A stretch of 64,000 nucleotides of DNA. Source: Candidatus Altiarchaeota archaeon (GTDB lineage: Archaea; Altiarchaeota; Altiarchaeia; IMC4; QMZM01). The notes under the pieces are model-generated. The model did not search any database. It was not told the origin of the DNA and saw only the letters and a list, made by a program, of their open reading frames with translations. This document shows positions 38,687 to 48,565 of the stretch, one piece after another (positions within the stretch are counted from its first letter, which is position 1; the number at the start of each line of letters is the position of its first letter). A program made the position numbers and the translations under genes. The stretch is taken from the NCBI GenBank assembly GCA_016931955.1, contig JAFGDV010000012.1:37510-101509 (forward strand). The letters run 5' to 3'.

Positions 38687-39693
38687 CCCTCCACCCACAT
38701 GGAATAGGGCGAGTGGGTGCTGTAAAGATCCCCGGGCTTGAACAAGGCATCGAATAGAGACTCCAAGCAGTCGACTGCGAAGGGGTGCAGCATCATGAAC
38801 AGGTCGGCGCCGGACAGCAAGGCCATGGAGGCGGTAGAGGACTCCCACAGGGGACCCCGCAGCTCCCTTGGACCCCATTCTTCGTTGTGCATCCACGCCT
38901 CCCTGGCACTCCAGGCATTGGAGGTTGCGGACGCGATAGGCAGTGAAAGGAAGGGATCGCCCTGGAGACCCAGAAGCCGGCAACGCTCCATCGCAGAGAT
39001 GGAGTATTCAACACCATAGCCTATGCCGCCAGTAAATAGATCCATTATGATGTTCGAAGGCTTAACGCCCAGCTTCATCAGGTTCCTGTTGAAGCGGCGC
39101 ATCTCGTCAGGGTTCATCGATATGAGAGAGACAAGGGATTGATCATGTTTAACCGCGGCTTCCGCAACCTGCCTGTAATTCATGTCGGGGCCGACCGAGG
39201 ACAAGACAACGGATTCGCCGGAGCATACCTCAGCAGCCTTGGAAAGCAGTTCCGGATCCTTGTCTGGGTTGCCGGAGCCGCCTATTATCAATGGAACCTT
39301 GACCGCCTGCAATACATCCTCTATCGTTTTACAGGCCTCTGCTATGGATGTATTCCCCACCTTCGGGTCAGTGCTCACCAAGTGAAGTGTTATCATCTTG
39401 GCAGCGTATTTTTTGACGCGCAGCCTCGCCCAATCGCGGGGGTCCTCCATGGCGTCGCCGAAGCAATGCCTCACGTTCCCAGGAAGATGGATCGGGATAT
39501 CAAAGACGTCCTCCGAGATCACTGGATGACATGCCTTGAAGCCGTCAAAGTAGTGGAAGGCTGGCGTGTTTTCTCCGCCGATCCTATAGGACTTGTCTCT
39601 GGTCCCGCCATCCCGCCTAGTGGCTCCTATGGACACGACACTGATCCTCTGCTTGTATCCCTCCTTCGGCAGCTTGAATCTGGGAGAAGCCAT
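38683..39693 (-). CDS. cdhD: CODH/ACS corrinoid Fe-S protein small subunit (CdhD/AcsD, delta)
   Basis: Start at MASPRFKLPKEGYKQRI (39693). TIM-barrel-like ~337 aa. Stop overlaps the cdhE start. Confidence 0.45.
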   Translation of the reverse strand: MASPRFKLPKEGYKQRISVVSIGATRRDGGTRDKSYRIGGENTPAFHYFDGFKACHPVISEDVFDIPIHLPGNVRHCFGDAMEDPRDWARLRVKKYAAKMITLHLVSTDPKVGNTSIAEACKTIEDVLQAVKVPLIIGGSGNPDKDPELLSKAAEVCSGESVVLSSVGPDMNYRQVAEAAVKHDQSLVSLISMNPDEMRRFNRNLMKLGVKPSNIIMDLFTGGIGYGVEYSISAMERCRLLGLQGDPFLSLPIASATSNAWSAREAWMHNEEWGPRELRGPLWESSTASMALLSGADLFMMLHPFAVDCLESLFDALFKPGDLYSTHSPYSMWVEG

Positions 39694-39700
39694 CGTTAAA

Positions 39701-40279
39701 TTATTTAGTGTAGACAGAATAAAACCAGCTAACATCATCCAATGTGTTGATGCTCCTGAAGGAAAGAAGCTGAGGATCATATTTTAACAGACGCTCTGGT
39801 CTCACCTTAAGGACATCCATTCGGTCGATCAACGAGGTTATCCTCTGATTCAGTTCAATAGTTTTGAGGACGTCGAGGACCTTCTCCCTCCGGTAGAAGG
39901 CATGCAGTGGCTCCAATAAACCCGCGGGATTCAGGGGGACCACGCCGTCGCCTTCGAGGAGGGAGTAGAGGAAACGGATCAGTTCAGTGTTGAGGAAGGG
40001 CATGTCACATCCTGCGACGAAGAGGAAATCTGCATTGGAGGCTTGGACGCCGGCATAGATAGCGCCCAGGGGGCCCGCATCGTAGTCTTCGGGGATAATA
40101 TGGGGATAATCCGATAACCTGGATTCCAGGCCGCGGGCGCAGACGAGGAAGGTCTTATCAAAAAGGGAAGAAAGGATATCGTAGCCGAAGGAGAACAGGG
40201 GCTTGCCTCTGAAGGGGATGAATGGTTTGTCTCTGATCCTTTTACTCTTGCCCAAGAGCATCAAGGCATCAACCATCAT
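39701..40279 (-). CDS. Molybdenum cofactor guanylyltransferase-like (MobA family)
   Basis: …LLGKSKRIRDKPFIPFRGKPL… and …DYDAGPLGAIYAG…GCDMPFL… are MobA-like NTP-transferase motifs. Confidence 0.5.
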   Translation of the reverse strand: MMVDALMLLGKSKRIRDKPFIPFRGKPLFSFGYDILSSLFDKTFLVCARGLESRLSDYPHIIPEDYDAGPLGAIYAGVQASNADFLFVAGCDMPFLNTELIRFLYSLLEGDGVVPLNPAGLLEPLHAFYRREKVLDVLKTIELNQRITSLIDRMDVLKVRPERLLKYDPQLLSFRSINTLDDVSWFYSVYTK

Positions 40280-41592
40280 GTAAACTTATTCACGACGGAC
40301 GCTGAAATAAGGGAACAAGACAGGCCGATGAATAATGGATCGACTGCCGCTAGGGGGAGAAAATGCCAAAAGACTGCGGCAAGGGAGCCGCACAGTATGG
40401 AGGAAAAAGCTGCGGAAGAAGACAACCTGATAGAGAACAAGGCTGAGAGAATGGGGACGAGGATGCCTGAAGTCCACACAGTGGAGAGGAATATCAATGC
40501 GGGAATGATCCTCTGGAGGTACAAAGCAAGTAAGAGACTTAGAAAGCCGAGGGAGAAAACCATAAGCCGGCTGAAGGGTACAAGAAATCTGTCGTCATCA
40601 GAGAACCTGCGGAAGAGGTCATGGGAGAGGCTGCTGGCGCCCGCATGCAGGAAGGAGTCCGCTGTGCTCATTATCGCGGAGAGCAATCCAATATAGAAGA
40701 CCGCCTGGAGGATTGGGGGTAAGAGATTGGAGCCAACGGCAAAGATCGCCTGGTCTGGGTCGTCTAAGCCGTATTGGATCGATACGAGACCGGATAATAC
40801 AACCACTGAGTCTATCAGCATCCAGACCACGATAGAGAGGAGGATCGCCTTCCTCAAGTCGACTGACGGGGCTGAGGCGAAGATCCTCTGATAGATTGGA
40901 GAAGAAGTGATGGGCAGAAAAAACAGGAGGACACACCAGACAAGGATCTCCTGAGGGTCCATCAAGGAGACCGGGTTCAGGAATTCATGCGGCAGAGATC
41001 CAGGGCCAGCGGAGAGGAGGTAAGGTAGGAGGATGAGTAGAGAGAGTAACATAAAACCCAGCTGCAGGAAATCGGATACGACGACTGAACGCATGCCTCC
41101 GAGGAGGGTGTAGAAGACTACGACGACTGAAAACAACAGCATCGAAGAATTGAAGGATAGGGACGTCGTGAGCTCCAGCAATCTGCCGCCCGCGATGATG
41201 GACTCAGGAACAAGACAGAGAACAGCCAGTAAGAGAGAAGATGAGACAACTACTCTATTATCATAGAAGCCGCCGAGGAAGTCCGGCAAGGTGAACCTGT
41301 CGCCCTTGATCCTTGGAAGAAGCCACATCAGGAAAATATTTCCTGAATAGAAGGGAAGGATGAACCAGAGGACTCCCAAGCCTGTCTGGTTGGCGATGCT
41401 TACACCGCCTATCAAAGCAGAGGCTCCATAGAAGGTCGAGACGACGGTCGCAACCAGGAGGGGAAAGGAAAGCTGGGTGTCCGCTAAGATAAAGGATCGC
41501 TCACTGCCGACGCTCCTGAAGAACAAGCCGACCAACAAGAGCAAGACAAAGTAGGCCGCAAACAAGAGGGTTAAGTCCATAAGACTACTCAA
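40276..41592 (-). CDS. Sodium:solute symporter-family-like membrane transporter
   Basis: 438 aa with about 12-13 TM helices. Confidence 0.4.
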   Translation of the reverse strand: MSSLMDLTLLFAAYFVLLLLVGLFFRSVGSERSFILADTQLSFPLLVATVVSTFYGASALIGGVSIANQTGLGVLWFILPFYSGNIFLMWLLPRIKGDRFTLPDFLGGFYDNRVVVSSSLLLAVLCLVPESIIAGGRLLELTTSLSFNSSMLLFSVVVVFYTLLGGMRSVVVSDFLQLGFMLLSLLILLPYLLSAGPGSLPHEFLNPVSLMDPQEILVWCVLLFFLPITSSPIYQRIFASAPSVDLRKAILLSIVVWMLIDSVVVLSGLVSIQYGLDDPDQAIFAVGSNLLPPILQAVFYIGLLSAIMSTADSFLHAGASSLSHDLFRRFSDDDRFLVPFSRLMVFSLGFLSLLLALYLQRIIPALIFLSTVWTSGILVPILSALFSIRLSSSAAFSSILCGSLAAVFWHFLPLAAVDPLFIGLSCSLISASVVNKFT

Positions 41593-42554
41593 TAGACAAT
41601 CCTAGAGGATTCAACCGATTCAGGCTTCACGGTTATCTGTTTAGGGGATACAAGACTCCGCCAGAGAAGGATCTCAGAAAACAGGCGGACTGGGAGGATC
41701 AGGAGATAGGAGATGGCTGGGCCGACGATGAATGCCAGACAGCAGGTGAAAAATGCCAGGACTGCAAGCACCAAGCTGATGAGGAGCCATATAAGATGGA
41801 AGACGAAGACCTTACCGGCATTGTTCTTGACTATCTCCACCGAATTCCTGACGGCATCCATAAGGCCCCTATTCGATAAAACAAGTTCGATGCGGACGAA
41901 GGTGAATAGCAGGACAAGGACCGTCTCTATTAGGACCACGATAAAGACACCGACGACGAAGACCAACAGACCCTGCATGATGTTGTCCATAAATACGCGT
42001 AACTGCTCCTCTGAGGCTGAAGAGAGCACAGACGCCGTCCCGGGGACCCAGAGCAAAAAAAACAACAATATAGGCAGGATGGTGATGATGCCAACAAAAA
42101 GCTCGAAGAAGAAGAGCTTCACCGCATTGGAAAACTGAGTCCCTAGATGGGAGGTCCACTCAGAAACATTCTTCTTCGATGCGGTCTCCTCCAGGGGCTT
42201 TATGACTGACAACGTTATGAGGATGACGACGATGCTAGAAAGCCAGCCCAACGCCGTCCTGACGAAGAAGGAAGGCTTCGTGTACTCGCAGACCATCAGG
42301 GATACTAGTGAGGAGAGGAAATCAGCCCCCGAGGGTGTGAACTCGCATGGCCGCTCCACGAGGTTGAATGCGAAATTCAGGCCCATCGACAGTATGGAAA
42401 CGAGGAAGATGAAGACAAACAACGCAATAAAGGCAGACAAGACCCTGTTATAGTTCTCCTTGTAGAGGTTGTATCCTGATTTTATGGCATCGGTTACATC
42501 ATCCATGTAACTTAATTGTAGACTGGAATATAAATACATGGACGAGATAGGCAT
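41589..42554 (-). CDS. Polytopic membrane protein (hypothetical)
   Basis: 321 aa with multiple TM segments. No motifs recognised. Confidence 0.3.
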   Translation of the reverse strand: MPISSMYLYSSLQLSYMDDVTDAIKSGYNLYKENYNRVLSAFIALFVFIFLVSILSMGLNFAFNLVERPCEFTPSGADFLSSLVSLMVCEYTKPSFFVRTALGWLSSIVVILITLSVIKPLEETASKKNVSEWTSHLGTQFSNAVKLFFFELFVGIITILPILLFFLLWVPGTASVLSSASEEQLRVFMDNIMQGLLVFVVGVFIVVLIETVLVLLFTFVRIELVLSNRGLMDAVRNSVEIVKNNAGKVFVFHLIWLLISLVLAVLAFFTCCLAFIVGPAISYLLILPVRLFSEILLWRSLVSPKQITVKPESVESSRIVY

Positions 42555-43701
42555 TGTGGGGATAAACTCGAGGGCGGCGGCAGACAGCGCCCGAAGTCTT
42601 GGATTAAAGGTTTATCTGGTAGACTACTTCGACGACGTGGACGTCAAAGCGGAGAGACGTTATTCACTGCAGAGCGAGCCATTAAAGCCCAACCTCGAGG
42701 TAGAGTACACCTCAGACAAGCTGGTGGACGCAGCCATAGAAAAACTCGGGGGAGAAGTCAGTTCACTGATAACGACTTCAGACATAGGCTGCAATCCAAG
42801 GCTCATAGAAAAACTCGAAAAACACTTCACTGTTCTTGGGAACAACTCAGGGCAGGTGAAGAAGGCAAAAAACTGGAGGACGCTGAAGAAGGCCCTGGAC
42901 GAGGAGGGTATAAGGCATCCGAAGACGGAGACCGCAAGATCTACCAGAGAAATAGAAAAAAAACTGGGAGAGATTAAGACGCCTGCGGTGGTCAAGGGTG
43001 TGGGGATTCAGCCGAGGCTCATAAGGGGTCTGGAAGACATGGAAGGGCTTAAAGACCTCAGGATAGAGGATGAGGCCCTGATCCAGGAATACATCAAGGG
43101 GGTGGAGGTAAGCGCATCGGTCATGGCCGACGCCGAAAAAACGACGACGCTCTCAGTTAACAGACAACTGGTGGGGATAGACTGGTTATTCGCCAAAGAG
43201 ATGGCATACTGCGGGAACATCGTGCCACTGGATTCAATGTATGACGAAAAAATAGCGGAAAAATCAGCAGGGATAATAGATAGACTAGGGTTGATAGGTT
43301 CGAATGGAGTCGACTACATAATATCAGAGGATGGACTGTACTTCATGGAAGTGAACACCAGACTCCAGGACACACTTGAATGCGTCGAAAAATACAGGGG
43401 AATAAACATGGTAAGAGAACACCTGAAGGCCTTGGAGGGAAACACTGACATACATGGAAAGGCTGGAGGATGCTATGGTAAAGGGATACTGTATGCGAGG
43501 GAAAGGCTGAGGGTCGAGGATCTAAGGAGGATAGACGGGGTGAAGGACATACCACAGAAAGATTCAACCATCAGGATAAACGAGCCCGTATGCAGCATCT
43601 ACGCCTCGGGGAACACACACGACGAAGTATTGGAAAAACTCAGGGAGAAAGCCAATCTTTTAGACAAACACTACAAAATAGTTACAGGATGGGGATACTA
43701 G
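42538..43701 (+). CDS. ATP-grasp superfamily ligase (COG2232-like)
   Basis: 387 aa. ATP-grasp core …VVKGVGIQPRLI…EALIQEYIKGVEVSASV…YFMEVNTR…. Confidence 0.45.
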   Translation: MDEIGIVGINSRAAADSARSLGLKVYLVDYFDDVDVKAERRYSLQSEPLKPNLEVEYTSDKLVDAAIEKLGGEVSSLITTSDIGCNPRLIEKLEKHFTVLGNNSGQVKKAKNWRTLKKALDEEGIRHPKTETARSTREIEKKLGEIKTPAVVKGVGIQPRLIRGLEDMEGLKDLRIEDEALIQEYIKGVEVSASVMADAEKTTTLSVNRQLVGIDWLFAKEMAYCGNIVPLDSMYDEKIAEKSAGIIDRLGLIGSNGVDYIISEDGLYFMEVNTRLQDTLECVEKYRGINMVREHLKALEGNTDIHGKAGGCYGKGILYARERLRVEDLRRIDGVKDIPQKDSTIRINEPVCSIYASGNTHDEVLEKLREKANLLDKHYKIVTGWGY

Positions 43702-44423
43702 AAACAAGGAATCTGGGCATAGAATTCAATGGGAAAAAGATACTGGATGACGTGAACATCGACCTATGGGAGGGACACGTGCATGCAATAGTAGGCCCCA
43801 ACGGCGCGGGGAAGTCAACGCTGGCTTACACGATAATGGGGCTTGGAGGATACAGGAACATCTCAGGGGATATCCTATTCCAGGGAGAGTCGATAAAGGA
43901 TCTCAGAATAGATGAGAGGGCTAGGAGGGGTATGACGCTCGGATGGCAGGAGCCCGCCCGCTACGAAGGGCTCTCAATAGAAAAATTCGTCACCGCCGCG
44001 GTAGAAGACAAAAGCCACAAAAAGATCAGGGAGGTATTGGGGAAGGCGGGGTTGAACCCGAACCTCTACCTCAAGAGGGCGGTAGACAGAACCCTGAGCG
44101 GAGGCGAGAGGAAGAAGATAGAATTGGCATCGATTCTTGCTTTGAAACCGAAGCTTGTGATGCTGGACGAACCGGACTCTGGGATAGACGTGGCCTCCCT
44201 CAGAAACATATTTGATGCCATAAAGCTACTGAAGGAAAACGGGTCAACCGTTGTATTGATCACGCACAGCCTGGAGGTATTGAATCAGGCAGAACACGCA
44301 TTCCTTATGTGTTGTGGAAAGATAGTGGAGCAAGGCAAAATCGAGAAGATACGGAAATACTTCGAGAAAAAATGCATACCCTGCACCCACGAGAACATAC
44401 CAGATCTGAACGGTGGAGCCTAG
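43689..44423 (+). CDS. sufC: Fe-S cluster assembly ATPase SufC
   Basis: Start at MGILETRNLGIEFNGKKILDDVN…GPNGAGKSTL…LSGGERKKIEL…LDEPDSGIDV. ABC ATPase with SufC-like layout. Confidence 0.7.
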   Translation: MGILETRNLGIEFNGKKILDDVNIDLWEGHVHAIVGPNGAGKSTLAYTIMGLGGYRNISGDILFQGESIKDLRIDERARRGMTLGWQEPARYEGLSIEKFVTAAVEDKSHKKIREVLGKAGLNPNLYLKRAVDRTLSGGERKKIELASILALKPKLVMLDEPDSGIDVASLRNIFDAIKLLKENGSTVVLITHSLEVLNQAEHAFLMCCGKIVEQGKIEKIRKYFEKKCIPCTHENIPDLNGGA

Positions 44424-45348
44424 AATGGATGGTGTAGAGGAACTATATAGGCTGAGTAAGCTGGACAAGGCCTTAGAGGACCCAAATGTAGGGCACATAG
44501 TGATCAATCTGAATAAGATACTCGATAAAAGGCTTATCCCCGGCCTGGAGATAGATGCACGAGAGCTTGAGGACGGGATCGATGCAAGGATCACGGTCAG
44601 AGAAGGCACGGTGATAGAAAAACCCGTGCACCTATGTTTTGGGGTGACGCATGAAAAAGCAGTCCAGAGGATAAAAACTGAGGTGGAGATACAGGAGAAT
44701 GCTGAGGTATTGTTTCTGGCACACTGCATCTTTCCCAACGCAGTTGATGTGACGCATATAATGGATGCGAGGATAACAGTAGGAGAGAACGCGAAATACA
44801 CCTACCTGGAGAAGCACATACACGGAGAATACGGGGGGACAAAGGTCTACCCCAAAGCCAGGGTCGAGCTCGGGAAAAACTCAAGATTCAAGACCGAATT
44901 CGAGCTATTAAGTGGGAGGGTTGGGCTGATAGAGATAGACTATGAGACAGTCTGCAGGGAAGAGAGCGTGATGGAGATGACCTCCAAGGTAAGTGGGAGA
45001 GGCAACGACATAATAAGGATAAGTGAGGTAGGGCACCTGGTGGGGGAGCATGCGAGGGGTGTGCTGACCTCCAGGGTGGCGGTAAGGGAGAACGCGAAGG
45101 CCGAAGTCCACAATAAACTGAATGCCACAGCAGCCTACGCCAGAGGCCACGTAGACTGCAAGGAGATCATACAGGACAACGGGATAGCGACCGCTATACC
45201 AATAGTGCAGGTAAGCCACCCCAAGGCGCACATAACACACGAGGCATCGATAGGGAGCGTGGACACTAAACAGTTGGAGACATTGATGGCAAGGGGCCTC
45301 ACAGAAGACGAAGCAGTTGAGCTTATAATAGAGGGCCTGTTAAGCTGA
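44413..45348 (+). CDS. SufB/SufD-family Fe-S assembly protein
   Basis: 311 aa with a beta-helix SufBD-like C-terminal region. Overlaps the sufC stop. Confidence 0.55.
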   Translation: MEPRMDGVEELYRLSKLDKALEDPNVGHIVINLNKILDKRLIPGLEIDARELEDGIDARITVREGTVIEKPVHLCFGVTHEKAVQRIKTEVEIQENAEVLFLAHCIFPNAVDVTHIMDARITVGENAKYTYLEKHIHGEYGGTKVYPKARVELGKNSRFKTEFELLSGRVGLIEIDYETVCREESVMEMTSKVSGRGNDIIRISEVGHLVGEHARGVLTSRVAVRENAKAEVHNKLNATAAYARGHVDCKEIIQDNGIATAIPIVQVSHPKAHITHEASIGSVDTKQLETLMARGLTEDEAVELIIEGLLS

Positions 45349-45359
45349 AGAGATCCTGA

Positions 45360-46418
45360 TCAGAGCATGTCCAGCAGGTGAGAGGGTAGCTGTAAGAGGA
45401 ATCTTGCAGTGAATGTTGGACTGCAGAATAATGAGTGGACTGTTTTTGAGGCGGAATCCATGTCGCCTCCGTTCTCCAAGAGTTGCTTATGTTCTGATAT
45501 TAGGGAGAATAAGCGATCCTTGCTATTGTCCGAAAGCCTGGAGAGGAGGTTATGGATCCAAAGATGAAGGCGAAGCTCCCAGCCGATAGCTGACCTCCAA
45601 CTGCGCTCATAATCTGGGAGACTGGAAAAACCTGCTGCGATACCGCCCATGACGATACCCCCACCAGAGGAAGCCTTCACCTGACCTGCGGCATCGCCCA
45701 CGGTAATGATCCTCCCATAGTCCGTCCTCAGATTGGGCTCATGGAGGGGTATGACACCATAATTCCGGGCTAATATCCTAGGATCCCTTACCCTGCCAGC
45801 CGCAGAAAGCCCCTTCAGGAAGCGGTCCAGGTGAGGGGTTGGATTCAGCATAGAACAGCAGCCTACGCGAGCATAATCCCTGACAGGAATGACCCATGAA
45901 AAAAAACCAGGTACATTGAAGTGCAGTTCCACAACGTCTGGATCAGATTCCACCTCCAATTCATACTGCACCCCCACGAGGAACCTAGTGGGCTTATCCA
46001 AGCCAAGTCTATGCTGGATTTGGTAGTTTGTGCCAGTAGCCAGAACCACCCTGTCAGCTTCTATGCTATTGAGATCCCTCACGCCCTCGTTCACGAGAAC
46101 TGCGCCGGCATCTACTGCCGAATCCAAGAGGAAGCGGTCGAACTTTCTTCTGTCCAAGACGTAGGCCTTTATCTCTCTACCATCCACGAGAAAGGACTCA
46201 CCTGAAGGGGAGAAGATCCGGGCAGATGACACGCCGTTGAGTATGAAATCCTTACTAGGGGATATGTTAAGCCGCTGAAGACCAGACTTGCTCACCAAAC
46301 CGGCACACTGTACTGGCTGAGTCAGATGCTCCTCGTAGATCTCAACACTATGCTCTCTAACACAGCTTAAGGCTGCGAGGCTGCCAGCAGGCCCGCCTCC
46401 GATAACAGAGATTTTCAT
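45360..46418 (-). CDS. Geranylgeranyl reductase family FAD-dependent oxidoreductase
   Basis: MKISVIGGGPAGSLAALSC… Rossmann FAD motif. 352 aa. Confidence 0.6.
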   Translation of the reverse strand: MKISVIGGGPAGSLAALSCVREHSVEIYEEHLTQPVQCAGLVSKSGLQRLNISPSKDFILNGVSSARIFSPSGESFLVDGREIKAYVLDRRKFDRFLLDSAVDAGAVLVNEGVRDLNSIEADRVVLATGTNYQIQHRLGLDKPTRFLVGVQYELEVESDPDVVELHFNVPGFFSWVIPVRDYARVGCCSMLNPTPHLDRFLKGLSAAGRVRDPRILARNYGVIPLHEPNLRTDYGRIITVGDAAGQVKASSGGGIVMGGIAAGFSSLPDYERSWRSAIGWELRLHLWIHNLLSRLSDNSKDRLFSLISEHKQLLENGGDMDSASKTVHSLFCSPTFTARFLLQLPSHLLDML

Positions 46419-47497
46419 TATACCCTGAGGTCGACTATGTCTCCAGGATTCGGTCCAGTAGAGATGAGGGTGGCTTTTATACCTACTCCATCTTCGATCC
46501 CCCTCACATAATCCCTCGCCCTATGGGATAGTTTATGGTATTCTCTCACGCCATTACATTCAGGGAAGATCTTGTCCAAACAGGTGATGCCGATCTGTGT
46601 GGCTCCGTTGACCATTGCAGAATACTTTGCTAGTTCAAGATCGAAGTCGCCTATGCGTCTCTGTCTCTGGGTCACTGTCCCCTTCTCCCCCAGGTACTTC
46701 GCAAGGACATCATTCACGGAAGATCCCTTGATGCCCTTCTTCTCAGCCGCCCCCAAGACCTCCTGCCAGAGGGGGTATTGGGATATGTTTTCTTCAGTTA
46801 TCAGGGTATTTTGGGGGCCTTCGCCGACGCGAGTAGTATACGCCTTATAGATCACAAGCACGTCGTCTACCTTCGTCGGCCCGATGCCTACGTCGACTGC
46901 GGCCATGCCCGCTGAGGTGTCCTTTGACGTGACATAGGGGTAGGTTCCATAGAATAGGGAAAGCCCGAAGCCCTGACTAGCTTCCACGAGAACCTCCTTA
47001 CCTGAATCAATAGCTGAATTAACCTCCAACGGCACATCAGCCAGGTACTCCCTCAGTTCGGGAAAGTCCCTGGCAAGCTTTATCGTGCGGTGAGCGCGTT
47101 CAGCATTAGCCGGACCGCAGCCGCTCCCTGTGGTGCCGACCTTTGTGTGCAGGAATTTGTCTCCAGCATCCTCCTCTTTGTGTCTCTGTTCTATGACCGC
47201 GCATCTGCTGTCGACGAAGATCCTGCCTTCAGTACCGGTCATCTTGACCTCCTCCTGGAACCTCTTAGGGTCGACGAGGACGCCGGCTCCTACCAGGAGC
47301 CTTGAGGCCTCATTAACGAAGCCGCATGGTATCATCCTCAGACCGTATTCCCTTCCCTCCCAGTAGACGGTGTGCCCCGCATTCGGTCCAACACCCGCCC
47401 GCGCGATTATGTCGGGTCTATCCTTCAAAGCCAGATAGGATATGATCTTGCCCTTGCCTTCGTCGCCGAAGTGTCCACCGACAACAATGGTGGTCAT
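46418..47497 (-). CDS. purA: Adenylosuccinate synthetase (short archaeal type)
   Basis: MTTIVVGGHFGDEGKGKIISYL… P-loop GDEGKGK of PurA. 359 aa. Confidence 0.75.
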   Translation of the reverse strand: MTTIVVGGHFGDEGKGKIISYLALKDRPDIIARAGVGPNAGHTVYWEGREYGLRMIPCGFVNEASRLLVGAGVLVDPKRFQEEVKMTGTEGRIFVDSRCAVIEQRHKEEDAGDKFLHTKVGTTGSGCGPANAERAHRTIKLARDFPELREYLADVPLEVNSAIDSGKEVLVEASQGFGLSLFYGTYPYVTSKDTSAGMAAVDVGIGPTKVDDVLVIYKAYTTRVGEGPQNTLITEENISQYPLWQEVLGAAEKKGIKGSSVNDVLAKYLGEKGTVTQRQRRIGDFDLELAKYSAMVNGATQIGITCLDKIFPECNGVREYHKLSHRARDYVRGIEDGVGIKATLISTGPNPGDIVDLRV

Positions 47498-47850
47498 TTT
47501 CGTCTCCTGTAGTCGTCTTCCACCCTGACCACGTCATCCAGTTCAGGGGTGCTGGATTCAAGGATCCTTGAATCCTGGAGGGGGATTATCCTGTGTTTCT
47601 CTCCCGGATTTATGGTGATGCATTGACCCATCTTCAAGGTGAATGCTTCGCCGTTTTCCCTCTCGATCCTGACCTCGCCCGCTATCACGCACATGGTCTC
47701 CTTTTTCTTTTCGTGGTAGTGGAGGCTGGACCTACATCCTTTCTTCATCTCAAGAACCTTTCCAGCATATTCCTTTTCCGCAGCATACCATAGCTCGCTG
47801 CCCCATGGTTTCTCAACAATCTTAGCCTTCTCGACCTTCAATTTAGTCAC
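47494..47850 (-). CDS. Cupin-domain protein
   Basis: 118-aa cupin barrel (…HYHEKKKETMCVIAGEVRIE…GEKHRI…). Confidence 0.45.
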   Translation of the reverse strand: MTKLKVEKAKIVEKPWGSELWYAAEKEYAGKVLEMKKGCRSSLHYHEKKKETMCVIAGEVRIERENGEAFTLKMGQCITINPGEKHRIIPLQDSRILESSTPELDDVVRVEDDYRRRK

Positions 47851-48547
47851 CGCCTTTAAGTACTACTACGTTTGTCGGATACTGAACGCCTAGGGATTCT
47901 ATCCCGCTGTTGTTTATCCTGAACCTCAGCTTCATCCCCTCCGGGAGGAATTTATGCTTCCTAAGTATCACCGTCCTGAGGTCTGTTCCCTCCTCCTTGA
48001 TGAACTCCAAGATGATCTTAGACCAATAGCGTGTCAGGTCCCCGCCGACGGGCACAATCCTGCCTGAGTCGATGTCGGTGTAGACTTGGTTGGTTATAAG
48101 GACAGGTATGTCATGCCTTCTGGCGATCCGCAGAAGCTGAGCTATCAGTCTACCCAGTTCCCGGGTATCCTTCTCCTCCTGCAGCCTATACAGTACCGAT
48201 ATGGAGTCGACGATGATGAGGCTGACATCTGAACCCGAGACAATATCCGATAGCTTCTTTATGGCAAGCTTCTGTTCGTCGAAGTCAGTGGGCTCGAAGA
48301 GCAGCACATTGCTTAGAACGTCCTTGAGTTTTTTTCCGCAAATCTGCTTCAATCTCTCAGTGGAGAAGCCGCCTTCGCAGTCCATGTATATCACCTTCCC
48401 CTTACCGAGAGCGGCCGTTGTCGCCATCAAGGCAAAGTTTGTCTTCCCCGAAGCCGGCACCCCGTAGATATGCGTTATGGTCTTCGGCTGCAGGCCCCCT
48501 CCGAGGAGGACGTCAAAATCCCTTTCTACACTGATCATCTTATGCAT
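47843..48547 (-). CDS. radB: RecA-superfamily recombinase paralog RadB
   Basis: 234 aa. Walker A THIYGVPASGKTNFAL. KaiC/RadB-like size, with no N-terminal HhH domain. Confidence 0.6.
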   Translation of the reverse strand: MHKMISVERDFDVLLGGGLQPKTITHIYGVPASGKTNFALMATTAALGKGKVIYMDCEGGFSTERLKQICGKKLKDVLSNVLLFEPTDFDEQKLAIKKLSDIVSGSDVSLIIVDSISVLYRLQEEKDTRELGRLIAQLLRIARRHDIPVLITNQVYTDIDSGRIVPVGGDLTRYWSKIILEFIKEEGTDLRTVILRKHKFLPEGMKLRFRINNSGIESLGVQYPTNVVVLKGGD

Positions 48548-48565
48548 GAGTTAAGTTATTCTACT

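Noticed and set aside
38687-38983. 99-codon N-terminal extension of cdhE
   Set aside because: It overlaps cdhD coding sequence and is a GC-rich no-stop frame. The conserved AcsC N-terminus begins at MNVKRL (38686).
43290-43312. tRNA-like GGTTCGAAT motif
   Set aside because: It lies inside the ATP-grasp CDS and has no acceptor or anticodon stem context. No tRNA could be folded from the region.
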